Below, piece by piece: positions 27,069 to 37,592 of a DNA stretch of 64,000 bases. The position numbers and the translations under genes were made by a program. Source of the DNA: a virus (Duplodnaviria > Caudoviricetes); IMG/VR virus record IMGVR_UViG_3300037067_002734, positions 29,886 through 93,885 of that record; one strand, 5' to 3'. How positions within the stretch are numbered: the stretch's first letter is position 1; each line of letters starts with the position of its first letter. The notes below the pieces were generated by a model. It was not told where the DNA came from and searched no databases. It saw only the letters and a program-made list of their open reading frames with translations.

Positions 27069-28091
27069 ATGGTTGAAATATTAAAGACAGATTCCATATT
27101 AATTACTGGCGGAACAGGATTTCTTGGAAAATGGATAGAAAAAGAATTAAAAGAAAAGGGGTATGAAAAAGTATGGGCTATTGGTTCTCAAGAGTGTGAT
27201 TTAAGAAATCAAGTAGATACTAATACTTTTATCTGGCAATATAATCCCAATATAATTATTCATGCAGCGGCAAATGTAGGTGGAATTGGTAAAAATTTAG
27301 TGGAAAGTGGCACTTTATGTTATGAAAATTTGGTTATGGGAACCAATATTATTGAGGCAGCAAGACAACAATGTAATAATTTGAAGAAATTTGTATTATT
27401 ATCCACTATTTGTAGTTTTCCTAAATATACTCCCATACCATTTAAAGAAGAAGATATATGGGGGGGCTATCCAGAGGAGACTAATGCGGGATATGGTCTT
27501 GCCAAAAAAATGTTAATGGTTTTATTACAAACATATAAACAACAGTATAATTTTCCAGGTATAACACTAATTCCGGTAAATTTAATGGGTGAGGGGGATA
27601 GTTTAGATTTGACAAATAATCATGTTATTCCTGCACTTATTCTAAAAATATTAAAAGCTAAACATAATCAAGAAGAATTTGTAGAAATTTGGGGAGACGG
27701 TAGCCCATCTAGAGAATTTTTATATGTTAAAGATTGTGCAAAAGCAATAGTTTTAGCAATGGAAAAATATGAAAAATTAGACCCAATAAATATAGGAACA
27801 GGAAAAGAAATAAAAATTTCAGAATTAGTAAAAATATTAGTTGACAAAATTGGCTTTTCCGGCTATATTAAATGGGATACGACTAAACCAAATGGACAAC
27901 CCCGTAGATGTTTAGATGTGTCAAAAGCAGAAAAAGAATTTGGGTTTGTAGCAGAAACTAATTTATGTGAAGGATTAGATAATACAATAAAATGGATTAT
28001 ATCAAAAATTGAATGTTTAAAAAGTTATTATGGAGATGTAGTAATGCATTATCCAATTATAGATGTAAGGAAAAAAAATGACAAAATATAG
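27069..28091 (+). CDS. fcl: GDP-L-fucose synthase
   Basis: HAAANVGGI, PEETNAGYGLAKK, PVNLMG, HVIPALI, WGDGSPSREFLYVKD, KPNGQPRRCLDVS. Confidence 0.92.
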   Translation: MVEILKTDSILITGGTGFLGKWIEKELKEKGYEKVWAIGSQECDLRNQVDTNTFIWQYNPNIIIHAAANVGGIGKNLVESGTLCYENLVMGTNIIEAARQQCNNLKKFVLLSTICSFPKYTPIPFKEEDIWGGYPEETNAGYGLAKKMLMVLLQTYKQQYNFPGITLIPVNLMGEGDSLDLTNNHVIPALILKILKAKHNQEEFVEIWGDGSPSREFLYVKDCAKAIVLAMEKYEKLDPINIGTGKEIKISELVKILVDKIGFSGYIKWDTTKPNGQPRRCLDVSKAEKEFGFVAETNLCEGLDNTIKWIISKIECLKSYYGDVVMHYPIIDVRKKNDKI

Positions 28092-28380
28092 AAAAAAACC
28101 AGTCATAGTTGATGCCATATCTTTTGATGAATTAGTAGAATATGGAATAAATAATGGTGCTTATATAATTAATAATATGCCTTGGTCATTTAATTATAAT
28201 GGGCATCCTATTACCCATGAGAATGATAATTGTTATTTAATACCAACATTAGAAGGAACTATGAAGATGACCAGAACGGATATGTTGATAACAGGCATAA
28301 ATAATGAAATTTATCCCTGTAAAATTGATATTTTTGAAAAAACATATGAAAGAGTAGAAGATGAGCATTACACTAATTGA
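28078..28380 (+). CDS. conserved phage protein (KYRKKPV...IPTLEG...YPCK.DIFEKTYE family)
   Basis: Characteristic motif string. Confidence 0.75.
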   Translation: MTKYRKKPVIVDAISFDELVEYGINNGAYIINNMPWSFNYNGHPITHENDNCYLIPTLEGTMKMTRTDMLITGINNEIYPCKIDIFEKTYERVEDEHYTN

Positions 28381-28597
28381 TATTAATTGCCCTCACTGTT
28401 TAAATGCGTTATGGTATAATGCTGGTGATATTGATGATATCACTCAATGTGATGTAGAAGTATTAAAATGTGTTTATTGTAAAAAATGTTTTGTTATTTT
28501 TGAGGAAGTAGAATATAAATATGATAAAAATGATTTAGAAACTTATGCAGATGATACTTATAAAACTGCAATAAAGGCTATAAATAATGAAAATTGA
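28361..28597 (+). CDS. small zinc-ribbon protein
   Basis: CPHC...CVYC. Confidence 0.65.
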   Translation: MSITLIDINCPHCLNALWYNAGDIDDITQCDVEVLKCVYCKKCFVIFEEVEYKYDKNDLETYADDTYKTAIKAINNEN

Positions 28598-28886
28598 AGA
28601 TGCAATTAAAATTGTAAATAGTTGGCCGGAATGGAAAAAACATTTAGTTGAAAATTCTATGAATCCAACTTGTCCAACAAGGGGATATGGAAAAAGGATA
28701 GAAAGTACAACGGCAAATAAAATGGATAATAAAACAAAAGAAGAATTAAAAAAGGAAGTTATAGAATATATAAAAGATAATCTAACAATAGATATTAAGA
28801 GATATTTAGACCAAAGTGTGCATATTGAATTATCATTAGAAGGTAAGGTTTTTTCTAAAGGAATTATATCTATAAAAAATGAATAA
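28587..28886 (+). CDS. hypothetical protein
   Basis: overlap-coupled 99-aa ORF. Confidence 0.6.
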   Translation: MKIEDAIKIVNSWPEWKKHLVENSMNPTCPTRGYGKRIESTTANKMDNKTKEELKKEVIEYIKDNLTIDIKRYLDQSVHIELSLEGKVFSKGIISIKNE

Positions 28887-29568
28887 TCAAGAATATATTA
28901 AAAATCGTCCGTCTTGGGACCATACATTTATGACCATGGCATATGAACTTGCTAAAAGAAGTCATGATTGTCAAACTCAACATGGTTGTGTAATAATAAA
29001 TGATAGAAAACAAGTATTAGGGACTGGATACAACGGTTTTATTAAAGGAATTGATGATTCACAACTTCCAAATACTAGACCTGATAAATATCCATGGATG
29101 ATTCATTCAGAAATTAATGCTTTATTAAATTGTGAACATAGACCTGTTGGTGCCACAGCATATGTAACCGGACACCCATGTCTTCATTGTTATCAATGCA
29201 TGTATCAAGCAGGAATTGCGGTTATTATTTATGATGCAGCACCAGAAAGAAATGCGGTAATGATTGATGAAGCAATGATGGATAATATTAAGAAGTTGGA
29301 AGGGTTGATTGCTAATAGAATATTGAAAGTTCCATATTATTATAAAATGGAAGAAGCATTTGAATTAGGGAAAAAAGAATTAGATAATTTTTCAAATATG
29401 ATACAACACATAAATATTTCTACTGATTTAGGTAGAGAAGAAATATTAGAATTAGGTAGAAGACAAACATATCATTCATATCCAATAGAAATAAAACCTA
29501 TTTCATTTAATACCCCTCCAATAATTGGGGATGTAACAGAAACAATTATAGAAACTGACCCAACATAA
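28879..29568 (+). CDS. dCMP deaminase (ComEB-like)
   Basis: RPSWD..FM, GTGYNG, HSEINAL, PCLHC. Confidence 0.9.
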   Translation: MNNQEYIKNRPSWDHTFMTMAYELAKRSHDCQTQHGCVIINDRKQVLGTGYNGFIKGIDDSQLPNTRPDKYPWMIHSEINALLNCEHRPVGATAYVTGHPCLHCYQCMYQAGIAVIIYDAAPERNAVMIDEAMMDNIKKLEGLIANRILKVPYYYKMEEAFELGKKELDNFSNMIQHINISTDLGREEILELGRRQTYHSYPIEIKPISFNTPPIIGDVTETIIETDPT

Positions 29569-30399
29569 ATGAACATAATAATTTTTAGTAAAGATCGGGC
29601 GTGTCAATGTGATCTCACTCTTACTTCATTATTTAAAAATGCCAAAGAACTCTGTCATAATGTGTCTGTTTTATATACGGGAAGTAACGAAAGATATTTT
29701 CTCGGCTATAATAAACTTATTGAAAAATGGAAAAAAGATGTAGTATTTGTTAAACAAGGAATATTTAAAGATGACCTTATTAGTTTAGCTCATACCACCT
29801 TTGCTTTTAATTGCTTTTTTACAGATGATGATATTATCTATAGACCAATCGAAGATTGCGAAATCATTCGTTCTTTACTAGAAAGAAGTCCAGAGATATG
29901 TACATTTTCTTTAAGAATGGGATCTAATATTACTATTCAAGATTATCATCGAAATATTCCAATAGTTAGACCAGATATTACATACTATAACGATATAAAC
30001 ATATGGAAATGGAGAAACGCTTTTCCAAACACTAATTATTCATATCCATTATCTGTAGATGGACATATTTTTAGAACAGAAGAAATCAATAGATTTTTAG
30101 ATAAATTTGATTATGATAATCCTAATAGTTTTGAAGGTAGGATTCAACAATTTAATGATAAACTACCCCCACTAATGTGTTCATTTTCAAAAAGCGTAGT
30201 AGTTAATACCCCAATTAATAGAGTTCAAGAAACTTGTACAAATCTTGCTGGTGTTCAATATGGAATTACTCCAGAGTATATGAACGATTTATGGATACAA
30301 GGATTTTCAATAAATCTTGATAAAATGAATTTTTCTAATATTTATGGATGTCATCAAGAATTACCTATTCCTTTAAGAAATATAATAAATGAAAATTAA
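29569..30399 (+). CDS. GT-A fold glycosyltransferase-like protein
   Basis: IIFSKDRACQ, FFTDDDI, FSLRMG, YPLSVDGHIF, PNSFEG. Confidence 0.7.
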   Translation: MNIIIFSKDRACQCDLTLTSLFKNAKELCHNVSVLYTGSNERYFLGYNKLIEKWKKDVVFVKQGIFKDDLISLAHTTFAFNCFFTDDDIIYRPIEDCEIIRSLLERSPEICTFSLRMGSNITIQDYHRNIPIVRPDITYYNDINIWKWRNAFPNTNYSYPLSVDGHIFRTEEINRFLDKFDYDNPNSFEGRIQQFNDKLPPLMCSFSKSVVVNTPINRVQETCTNLAGVQYGITPEYMNDLWIQGFSINLDKMNFSNIYGCHQELPIPLRNIINEN

Positions 30400-30937
30400 T
30401 ATACAAGATATTATAAATACAACCATTAATAATTTTGATGGAAATTATTCATACGATCATAGATTATTAGCATATTTTGGATATCAATTTAATAATAAAA
30501 ATTTAATAGAAATAGGTACAAGACATGGACTTGGGGCATTAGCTTTAGCCCAAAACATAAATAATCAAGTTACTACATATGATATTGAAATATTCAATAG
30601 ATCAGAAATGGCTTGTAATAGATCAAATATAAATTTTGTTATTAGAAATGTAATTAACGATTCAAATATACAAGAAATATTAAATTCCTCATTTATATAT
30701 TTAGATATTGATCCACATACTGGAGAACAAGAAGATATCTTTATTAAATTGTTAGAACAAAATCACTATTCAGGAATAGTATTATTAGATGATATTTTTG
30801 ATAAATTTACTTCATTATATAATTGGTTTAATGATTTAAACACTACTGCAAATAAATATTATTTACCCAATTATAGTCCATTATTATATAGATGGGCTAT
30901 ATTAGATTTTACAAAAGAATTAGAAATAATAAACTAA
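30389..30937 (+). CDS. class I SAM methyltransferase
   Basis: IEIGTRHG, TYDI, IYLDIDPH.G, VLLDDI. Confidence 0.8.
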   Translation: MKINIQDIINTTINNFDGNYSYDHRLLAYFGYQFNNKNLIEIGTRHGLGALALAQNINNQVTTYDIEIFNRSEMACNRSNINFVIRNVINDSNIQEILNSSFIYLDIDPHTGEQEDIFIKLLEQNHYSGIVLLDDIFDKFTSLYNWFNDLNTTANKYYLPNYSPLLYRWAILDFTKELEIIN

Positions 30938-30947
30938 GGATCAAAAA

Positions 30948-31595
30948 ATGAATAATAAACTATATGATGATTTCGACTGGCAGAATGTCTATCCATATGC
31001 ACATTATAATCAAACAGTGGAATTAGAAAAGGATCATCAGTTTGATCTACCAAAAGAGCATACTATTATTGATGGAAAATTGATTTATAGCGGAAAGCCA
31101 CTCGTAAAGAATGCTGAGTGGTTATACGAAAAAGTATATGAATTAAGACCATCTTCGATATTTGAGGTTGGATTTGGATATTGTAATCATTTATTGAGTA
31201 TAAATAGGATGATGCCAGAAATAAAACTTTCTGGGTGCGATATTTCATATTACCAGTTTTCTAATGGATATAGGAAATATGGAGAAGAACTAAAGATTCT
31301 TCAGGAAAAATCTAAACTATTTATTGGCGATTTTACCGAAATCTCCATTGATGAAAAATATGATTTAGTTTATAGTCAAGCGGTAGTTATGCATATGTCT
31401 ACAGAAAAAGCAATGAGAGCTATAACTAAAATGTGCTCCATTTCAAAAAAATATGTAATATGTTTAGATGGTGGATTGATTATTCCAAATATTAGAAATT
31501 GGTTAGAAACTCTTGGAAAAGTAACTTATTTTGACGATTGGGCTGATCAATACTGGACTCATAATAATATTAGTCCATTTATTATAGAGGTATAA
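30948..31595 (+). CDS. class I SAM methyltransferase
   Basis: FEVGFGYC, GCDIS, YDLVYSQAVVMH. Confidence 0.82.
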   Translation: MNNKLYDDFDWQNVYPYAHYNQTVELEKDHQFDLPKEHTIIDGKLIYSGKPLVKNAEWLYEKVYELRPSSIFEVGFGYCNHLLSINRMMPEIKLSGCDISYYQFSNGYRKYGEELKILQEKSKLFIGDFTEISIDEKYDLVYSQAVVMHMSTEKAMRAITKMCSISKKYVICLDGGLIIPNIRNWLETLGKVTYFDDWADQYWTHNNISPFIIEV

Positions 31596-31640
31596 AATGT
31601 CAACATTTACAAAAGATATCCTAATATTGAAAAAAGAACT

Positions 31641-32387
31641 ATGAATTTTACATTTGGTATAGTAACGTCTTCTGATCATAAACACGATATTAATCTTGAT
31701 AATAATCAAAGATTGGATATTATAGTTGATAGTATAGAAAAACTCAATATACCAAACTATGAAGTTATAGTAGTTGGTAAATCTAACATAAATAGAGTCC
31801 ATACGACCGTAATTGATTTTGATGAAAATATAAAACCAGGATGGATTACAAAAAAGAAAAATATAATAACAAAAAATGCTAAATATGACAATATTGTTTA
31901 TTTACATGATTATGTATATTTTGAACCAAATTGGTATAGTGGTTTTATAAAATTTGGTGAAAATTGGGATATTTGTATGACCGTTATAAAAAATACCGAT
32001 AATACTAGATTTAGGGACTGGATTATATTTGAATTAGACGAAACTAACTATCCTCGCGTATTAGAATTTGGACAAGATTTAGGCGAACCAAATAGAAAAA
32101 TCGCCCCATATTTACCACTATATAATAAAGGGGATTCAACAAAAACATATATATCTGGAATGTATTGGATTGCTAAAAAATCTATAATGGAAAAGTATCC
32201 ACTAAATGAAAAATATGTGTGGAATACACCAGAGGATATAGAGTGGTCTCAGAGAGTAAGGAGGAATTGTAAATATGTTATGAATCCGTACTCATCAATA
32301 AAAATGATGAAATATAAAAATTCAAATTGGTATAGTCATCATCCATACTATATGACTGAAGAATACATTAACAAGGAGTTAATATGA
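31641..32387 (+). CDS. GT2-like glycosyltransferase
   Basis: FTFGIVT, WITKKKN, YLHDY, EDIEWS. Confidence 0.75.
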   Translation: MNFTFGIVTSSDHKHDINLDNNQRLDIIVDSIEKLNIPNYEVIVVGKSNINRVHTTVIDFDENIKPGWITKKKNIITKNAKYDNIVYLHDYVYFEPNWYSGFIKFGENWDICMTVIKNTDNTRFRDWIIFELDETNYPRVLEFGQDLGEPNRKIAPYLPLYNKGDSTKTYISGMYWIAKKSIMEKYPLNEKYVWNTPEDIEWSQRVRRNCKYVMNPYSSIKMMKYKNSNWYSHHPYYMTEEYINKELI

Positions 32388-33187
32388 TTCCTGGTAACTC
32401 TGGATGTGGTTTTATTTTTGATAAAAATGCTGGATTAGCAATAAAATATTCAAATAATTTTCCATCATCTAGACTTGAAAGTCAAATTCTTAAACAACAA
32501 TATTTCAAAAGTCCTTCACCATCATTTATTAAAACACCACGAATATACACTACTTTTAGAAAAAATACCAATTTTTATGCCATTATGGAATTTATTAATG
32601 GTAAAGATTTTATTGAATATATAGATAATTCATATGATATAAAAAGAAGTATGGATTATATATTTTCTTTATTATCAACGATGATTGATGATTATTTTTT
32701 AAGATCTTATAAACTTGATATTCAAACCTTTCTTTTTTATAGAAAAATCAATGAAATAAAACAGAAAATTTCATCTGAAATTGCTAATCAATTAGATATA
32801 CAAATACCAGAATTTAGTGCGTGGCAAGGTCCATGTCATGGAGATTTAACTTTATCAAATCTATTAATAAATGATTACCAGCGTATATTTTTATTTGATT
32901 TCTTAAACACATATTGTGATTCACCAATTCAAGATATTGTTAAACTACGTCAAGACACACATCATAAATGGATTAAATTAAAAGCAAGTAGCTATAATGA
33001 AAAAACAGAAAAAGCATTAAATATATTAGATAAATTAATAGTAGAAAAATATAGTAATAAAATTGATCCAGAAACATATTATATTTTTCAATACATGAAT
33101 TTGATTAGAATACTTCCTTACTCTACAAGTTTAGAAATGACAAACTTTATTCTTCAGGAATTACAAAATATATCATGGGAACTTTAA
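32384..33187 (+). CDS. APH/choline-kinase-like phosphotransferase
   Basis: GNSGC, MEFING, CHGDLTLSNL, LFDFL, DIVKLRQD. Confidence 0.82.
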   Translation: MIPGNSGCGFIFDKNAGLAIKYSNNFPSSRLESQILKQQYFKSPSPSFIKTPRIYTTFRKNTNFYAIMEFINGKDFIEYIDNSYDIKRSMDYIFSLLSTMIDDYFLRSYKLDIQTFLFYRKINEIKQKISSEIANQLDIQIPEFSAWQGPCHGDLTLSNLLINDYQRIFLFDFLNTYCDSPIQDIVKLRQDTHHKWIKLKASSYNEKTEKALNILDKLIVEKYSNKIDPETYYIFQYMNLIRILPYSTSLEMTNFILQELQNISWEL

Positions 33188-34194
33188 TACTACCAGTTTG
33201 TGGTGACTCTACCAGATTTCCAGGAACACGCCCCAAATTTTTATTAACACATCCAAATGGAAAAATTATGGTACGGGCAGGTATTGATGGATTAAATCTA
33301 ATTAATACCGAAAGAATTATTCTAACAGTCAGACAAGACCATCTCAATAAATATAATTGTGAAGAACTTATAAAAAAACAATTTAAAGGTTTACCTTTTG
33401 AATTATGTATACTAGATCAACCAACGCAGGGTCAAGCAGATACAGTATTTAATACATTAGTCAAAAATCATGTAACTGGACCATTCCAAATAAAAGATTG
33501 TGATAATTATTTTGAATGTAATATTTTAAATACAAATTTTGTAGCAACATCTGATTTACAACAACACCCTTACATTAATCCATCCAATAAAAGCTATGTT
33601 CAATTACATGCCCATAGTGGACATTTAATAGATAAAATATATGAAAAAAAGATAATTAGTAATCTATTTTGTTGTGGATTGTATGGTTTTATGTCTCCCC
33701 AGGAATACACAAAAGCTTTAGTTACTTTATCTCCAACTTCATATATTTCAGATGTAATTAATAAATCATTAGATATTTTTGAAACAATTCTAGCTACCAA
33801 TTATTTGGATTGGGGAACTTATGAAGATTGGAATAATTATAGAGATAAGTTTGAAACTCTATTTGTAGATATAGATGGTGTTTTAATAGAAAATTCTGAC
33901 GAGATTGGATGGGGTCATAAGCCAGCAATTCAAAAAAATGTAGAATTTCTACAACAAAAGAAAAACAATGGAAAAACATATATAGTTCTTACAACATGTA
34001 GAAAAATAGAATGTGCTGAAATTACAGAAAAACAATTGGAAAAATATCAAATTCCATATGATGTAATCCTATATGATTTACCACACTGTCGAAGAACCAT
34101 CATAAATGATTATTCAAAAACAAATAAATATCCCTCATGTCAGGCAGTAAATATACCAAGAAATATGGATATTTTGTCAGAATTAATAAATTAA
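33175..34194 (+). CDS. nucleotidyltransferase fused to HAD (capsule-biosynthesis-type) phosphatase
   Basis: LPVCGDSTRF..PKFLL, GQADT, KDCDN, DWGT; then FVDIDGVL, LTTCR, IIND. Confidence 0.82.
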   Translation: MGTLILPVCGDSTRFPGTRPKFLLTHPNGKIMVRAGIDGLNLINTERIILTVRQDHLNKYNCEELIKKQFKGLPFELCILDQPTQGQADTVFNTLVKNHVTGPFQIKDCDNYFECNILNTNFVATSDLQQHPYINPSNKSYVQLHAHSGHLIDKIYEKKIISNLFCCGLYGFMSPQEYTKALVTLSPTSYISDVINKSLDIFETILATNYLDWGTYEDWNNYRDKFETLFVDIDGVLIENSDEIGWGHKPAIQKNVEFLQQKKNNGKTYIVLTTCRKIECAEITEKQLEKYQIPYDVILYDLPHCRRTIINDYSKTNKYPSCQAVNIPRNMDILSELIN

Positions 34195-34206
34195 AAGGAA
34201 GGGTGC

Positions 34207-35178
34207 ATGAAAAAGATAGGAATATACTTTCTACAACATAGACGAAATTTTGTTCCATTATTGATGTATTTCCTAAACAGGGTTAAACAAGAAAATAGAA
34301 ATCAAATTAAATTATATTTTTTAGAGACAGCTAATTTATCATATGATTGGATAAAAACAGATATAGAATATGAAGTAATACCTTTTCACGGAAGTATTCA
34401 TATTGGAAATTATAGTAAAAAATTTGAATTTATTCTATCACAACAACATCCATATTGTGTAAAATTAGATGAAGATTATTTTATAAGTAATTATGTGTGG
34501 GATTTCATTATAGAAAATGTCGAAATATTAGATAATAAGCAACTTTTATCATTATCTCCTGTAACTAATATTGGGGTGCCAACTACAGATTTATTTATTG
34601 AAGATTTTTGTGAAGAGTGGCAAAAACAAGAAATTCACAAGATATTTTTGGGTGTAGATTTTGCAAAAACATGTGGGCAACGATGGGGGACTAACGAGTA
34701 TGACGAATTAAATAAACATACTATTGGGGCTCAACAATGGAATATAACAGCTTTTCATAATGATTTAGATGCTTTGTCTACCAATATTAAAGGGGTCCAT
34801 CCCGTACGTTTTAGTTATGAGGCACAAAAATATTTAGCTGATGTTGTATTAAGTAATGTTCCAAGGTTCATTTCCCAACAATACTTTATCATAGACACAC
34901 AATACAAGCCGTATATGTGTAATGATATGTGTGTTATGCGGGCCGATGTATTGCGAGATATTGATAAAGAAGAAAAATTTATTCCATACGATGAAATTCC
35001 AATAAATAACTATAAAAGAAAATATAAATTAGATTATGCTTTCATAAGAAAAGGATTTGGAGTACATACCATGTTTGCTTTTGTTGGAAGATACAATATT
35101 GATAGACAACCAGAAGAAGTAATTATACACGATACTTTATTAAAACTAACCAAAGAATGTAATCATTATGAATTATAA
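34207..35178 (+). CDS. glycosyltransferase-like protein
   Basis: VKLDEDYF DxD-type motif, YDE; cluster context. Confidence 0.55.
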   Translation: MKKIGIYFLQHRRNFVPLLMYFLNRVKQENRNQIKLYFLETANLSYDWIKTDIEYEVIPFHGSIHIGNYSKKFEFILSQQHPYCVKLDEDYFISNYVWDFIIENVEILDNKQLLSLSPVTNIGVPTTDLFIEDFCEEWQKQEIHKIFLGVDFAKTCGQRWGTNEYDELNKHTIGAQQWNITAFHNDLDALSTNIKGVHPVRFSYEAQKYLADVVLSNVPRFISQQYFIIDTQYKPYMCNDMCVMRADVLRDIDKEEKFIPYDEIPINNYKRKYKLDYAFIRKGFGVHTMFAFVGRYNIDRQPEEVIIHDTLLKLTKECNHYEL

Positions 35179-35833
35179 AAATTTAGTAGAAATAGCAAAA
35201 GAAATTCCAAATCATTCTAAATTAGAAGATCCAGAACTGCATGACTTTTTATCTGTATATGAACAATACTTTATTAAAAGAAAAAATGATAATATTAAAT
35301 TAATAGAAATAGGGATTGGACAAGGTGGATCACCCAGAATCTGGAAAGAATATTTTCCAAACGCACAAATATATGGAGGCGATTACGATAGTAATAAACT
35401 TTATCAAGAAGATCGTATTACTACCTTCCTTTTTAATCAAAATAATGTAAATAATATGATTGAAGTTGGGGAAAATTTTGGAAAATTTGATATTTTTATA
35501 GATGATGGTAGTCATCAAATGGTTCATCAAATCAATTGTCTAAAAACTATGTGGCACTATATTAATAATGGTGGAATATATATAATTGAAGATTTACATA
35601 CATCATATTGGCCTACTTTTGGTGGAAAACTACATGCTAACACAACAATAGAATTTCTCAAATATTGTGTAGACGCAATTAATTCATTAGCTATTGGAAT
35701 GGGTGATTGGGTTAAAATACCAGTAAATGCTAATGAAGTAAGAAATATATGTGAAGAAATTATACCAACTATAAATACAACATTATCTTTTATTCATTTT
35801 TATCAAGGTTTATGTATTTTAGGGAAAAAATAA
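35168..35833 (+). CDS. class I SAM (sugar) O-methyltransferase
   Basis: IEIGIGQGGS..WKEYFPNA, FDIFIDDGSH, GGIYIIEDLHTSYW. Confidence 0.88.
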   Translation: MNYKNLVEIAKEIPNHSKLEDPELHDFLSVYEQYFIKRKNDNIKLIEIGIGQGGSPRIWKEYFPNAQIYGGDYDSNKLYQEDRITTFLFNQNNVNNMIEVGENFGKFDIFIDDGSHQMVHQINCLKTMWHYINNGGIYIIEDLHTSYWPTFGGKLHANTTIEFLKYCVDAINSLAIGMGDWVKIPVNANEVRNICEEIIPTINTTLSFIHFYQGLCILGKK

Positions 35834-36096
35834 TGATAGCAAGTATATTAGGATGGGTAGCAACAATAATTTTTAGTTTAATGCTAATTCCACAAATAAT
35901 TAAAACAGCAAAATCAAAAAGTATAAATGATATTAGTTTATCATTATTTATTTTATATCTAATAGGTAATATATTTGCTATTATATATGCATATCTTATT
36001 TGGCAACCTCCATTATTATTAAAATACTCTTTAGCAATTATTACAACAATATTTTATATATCTTTATACTTTTATATTAAAAATAAGGAGATATAA
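35833..36096 (+). CDS. SemiSWEET / PQ-loop membrane protein
   Basis: 87 aa, three hydrophobic segments, LIPQIIKT.KSKS..DIS. Confidence 0.85.
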   Translation: MIASILGWVATIIFSLMLIPQIIKTAKSKSINDISLSLFILYLIGNIFAIIYAYLIWQPPLLLKYSLAIITTIFYISLYFYIKNKEI

Positions 36097-36656
36097 TGAT
36101 TTTAGTTTCTCGTCATTTAACAGATTATATCGATTTTCCGCCCTATTTTATTATTAGAATTAATTTAGCTTGGGAACATGATTTACAAGAATTATTAAAC
36201 CATATATCAACACTAAGTAATCCAATTTTCTTAGATATTCCTATAGGTCGTAAAAAACCACCAAATAATCAATGGAATATAGATAATATTATAACAGCTT
36301 GTAAAGAAGAACCATTAATTCAATATTTGGCAATATCTAATGTAGAATGCCAAAAAGATTATAATGAAATACAACAAAAATTAACAAATGATCACCTAAC
36401 AAATAGGGTATGTATTGTTCCAAAAATAGAAAGTATAAAAGCTGTTGAAAATATAGATAATATTATTATCGCATTAGACACAGAACCGCAAAGAACTATA
36501 ATGATAGATCACGACGATTTATTTACTGATTTAATGAAAAATAATGTAGAACCATCTAAACTTTATAATGAATATATTTTACCAGTAGTTAGAAAATGTA
36601 AAAAATATGATACACGAGTATTACGAACTGCTGGCGTAGTATTTTGCGACAATTAA
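36096..36656 (+). CDS. pyruvate-kinase/HpcH-like barrel protein
   Basis: IRINLA, IFLDIP, AISNVE, IVPKIES..AVENIDNI, IMIDHDDL. Confidence 0.6.
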   Translation: MILVSRHLTDYIDFPPYFIIRINLAWEHDLQELLNHISTLSNPIFLDIPIGRKKPPNNQWNIDNIITACKEEPLIQYLAISNVECQKDYNEIQQKLTNDHLTNRVCIVPKIESIKAVENIDNIIIALDTEPQRTIMIDHDDLFTDLMKNNVEPSKLYNEYILPVVRKCKKYDTRVLRTAGVVFCDN

Positions 36657-36671
36657 TATAATGGAGAATAA

Positions 36672-37592
36672 ATGTTACCAATAGTAATAGCATCATCAGT
36701 TATTAGATCAACTAGAAGAGGTGAAAGTCATGGTGGATTATATGTTGTTGATTTTAATGACGATACAGTAGAACAAAAATTAGATTGGAATTATCCACAT
36801 ATTCGTTGGGATAGTGGAGGAGGAGATCGTGGGCTTCGTGGTATGATATTCCATAATGATTTATTATATACTGCTGGAGCCACAGCACTCTTTGTTTTTA
36901 ACAAAAATTTTGAATTAGTTGAACAATATACATGTCCAACATTTGATGGTAGTCATGAATTATTTTTATATAATAATAAAATCTATAGTATTTCTAATCA
37001 ATATGATGCTATTCTAGTTTTTGATTTAACAAAAAATGATTGGGTATTAGGCTATCAACATATTTTAAATCAACCACCAAGAATATTTGATCCATATTGT
37101 ACTAATTTACAAAGAAGTGATAGTTTACATCTTGATTCTATTTCTGTATACAATGATATAATGTTTTATGCTGGAAGTACAACAAAATATATATATGGAT
37201 TACATATTTACACATTACAACAACGTGCATATTTATTAGCAAAACCAAATACACATAATGCACAATTTTGGAAAGATGGGATAGTATTTAATAGAGCATT
37301 AGAAAGTGATACTATATATCAAGTTGGAGAAAATATAATTCATAGGTGGGCAACTCCTATAATGAAAAAAGAAACGGTTACTCATATGGATTATAGTGAT
37401 TATGCAAGGACAGAATATACTAGAGGTATGGTAGTATATAAAGATTTTGTATGTATAGGAACATCTCCCGCAAGTGTTCATATGTTAAATTTAGATAGTA
37501 TAGATCCAGTAAAAAGTTCTATTATATCTCACGATATTAGAAATAGTGTATGTGGGATGTCCCATTACCCATGGAAATATAATAATGAATAA
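36672..37592 (+). CDS. beta-propeller-like protein
   Basis: Repeated short beta blades with GLRG, HE, HLDS, HN, RG signature residues. Confidence 0.55.
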   Translation: MLPIVIASSVIRSTRRGESHGGLYVVDFNDDTVEQKLDWNYPHIRWDSGGGDRGLRGMIFHNDLLYTAGATALFVFNKNFELVEQYTCPTFDGSHELFLYNNKIYSISNQYDAILVFDLTKNDWVLGYQHILNQPPRIFDPYCTNLQRSDSLHLDSISVYNDIMFYAGSTTKYIYGLHIYTLQQRAYLLAKPNTHNAQFWKDGIVFNRALESDTIYQVGENIIHRWATPIMKKETVTHMDYSDYARTEYTRGMVVYKDFVCIGTSPASVHMLNLDSIDPVKSSIISHDIRNSVCGMSHYPWKYNNE

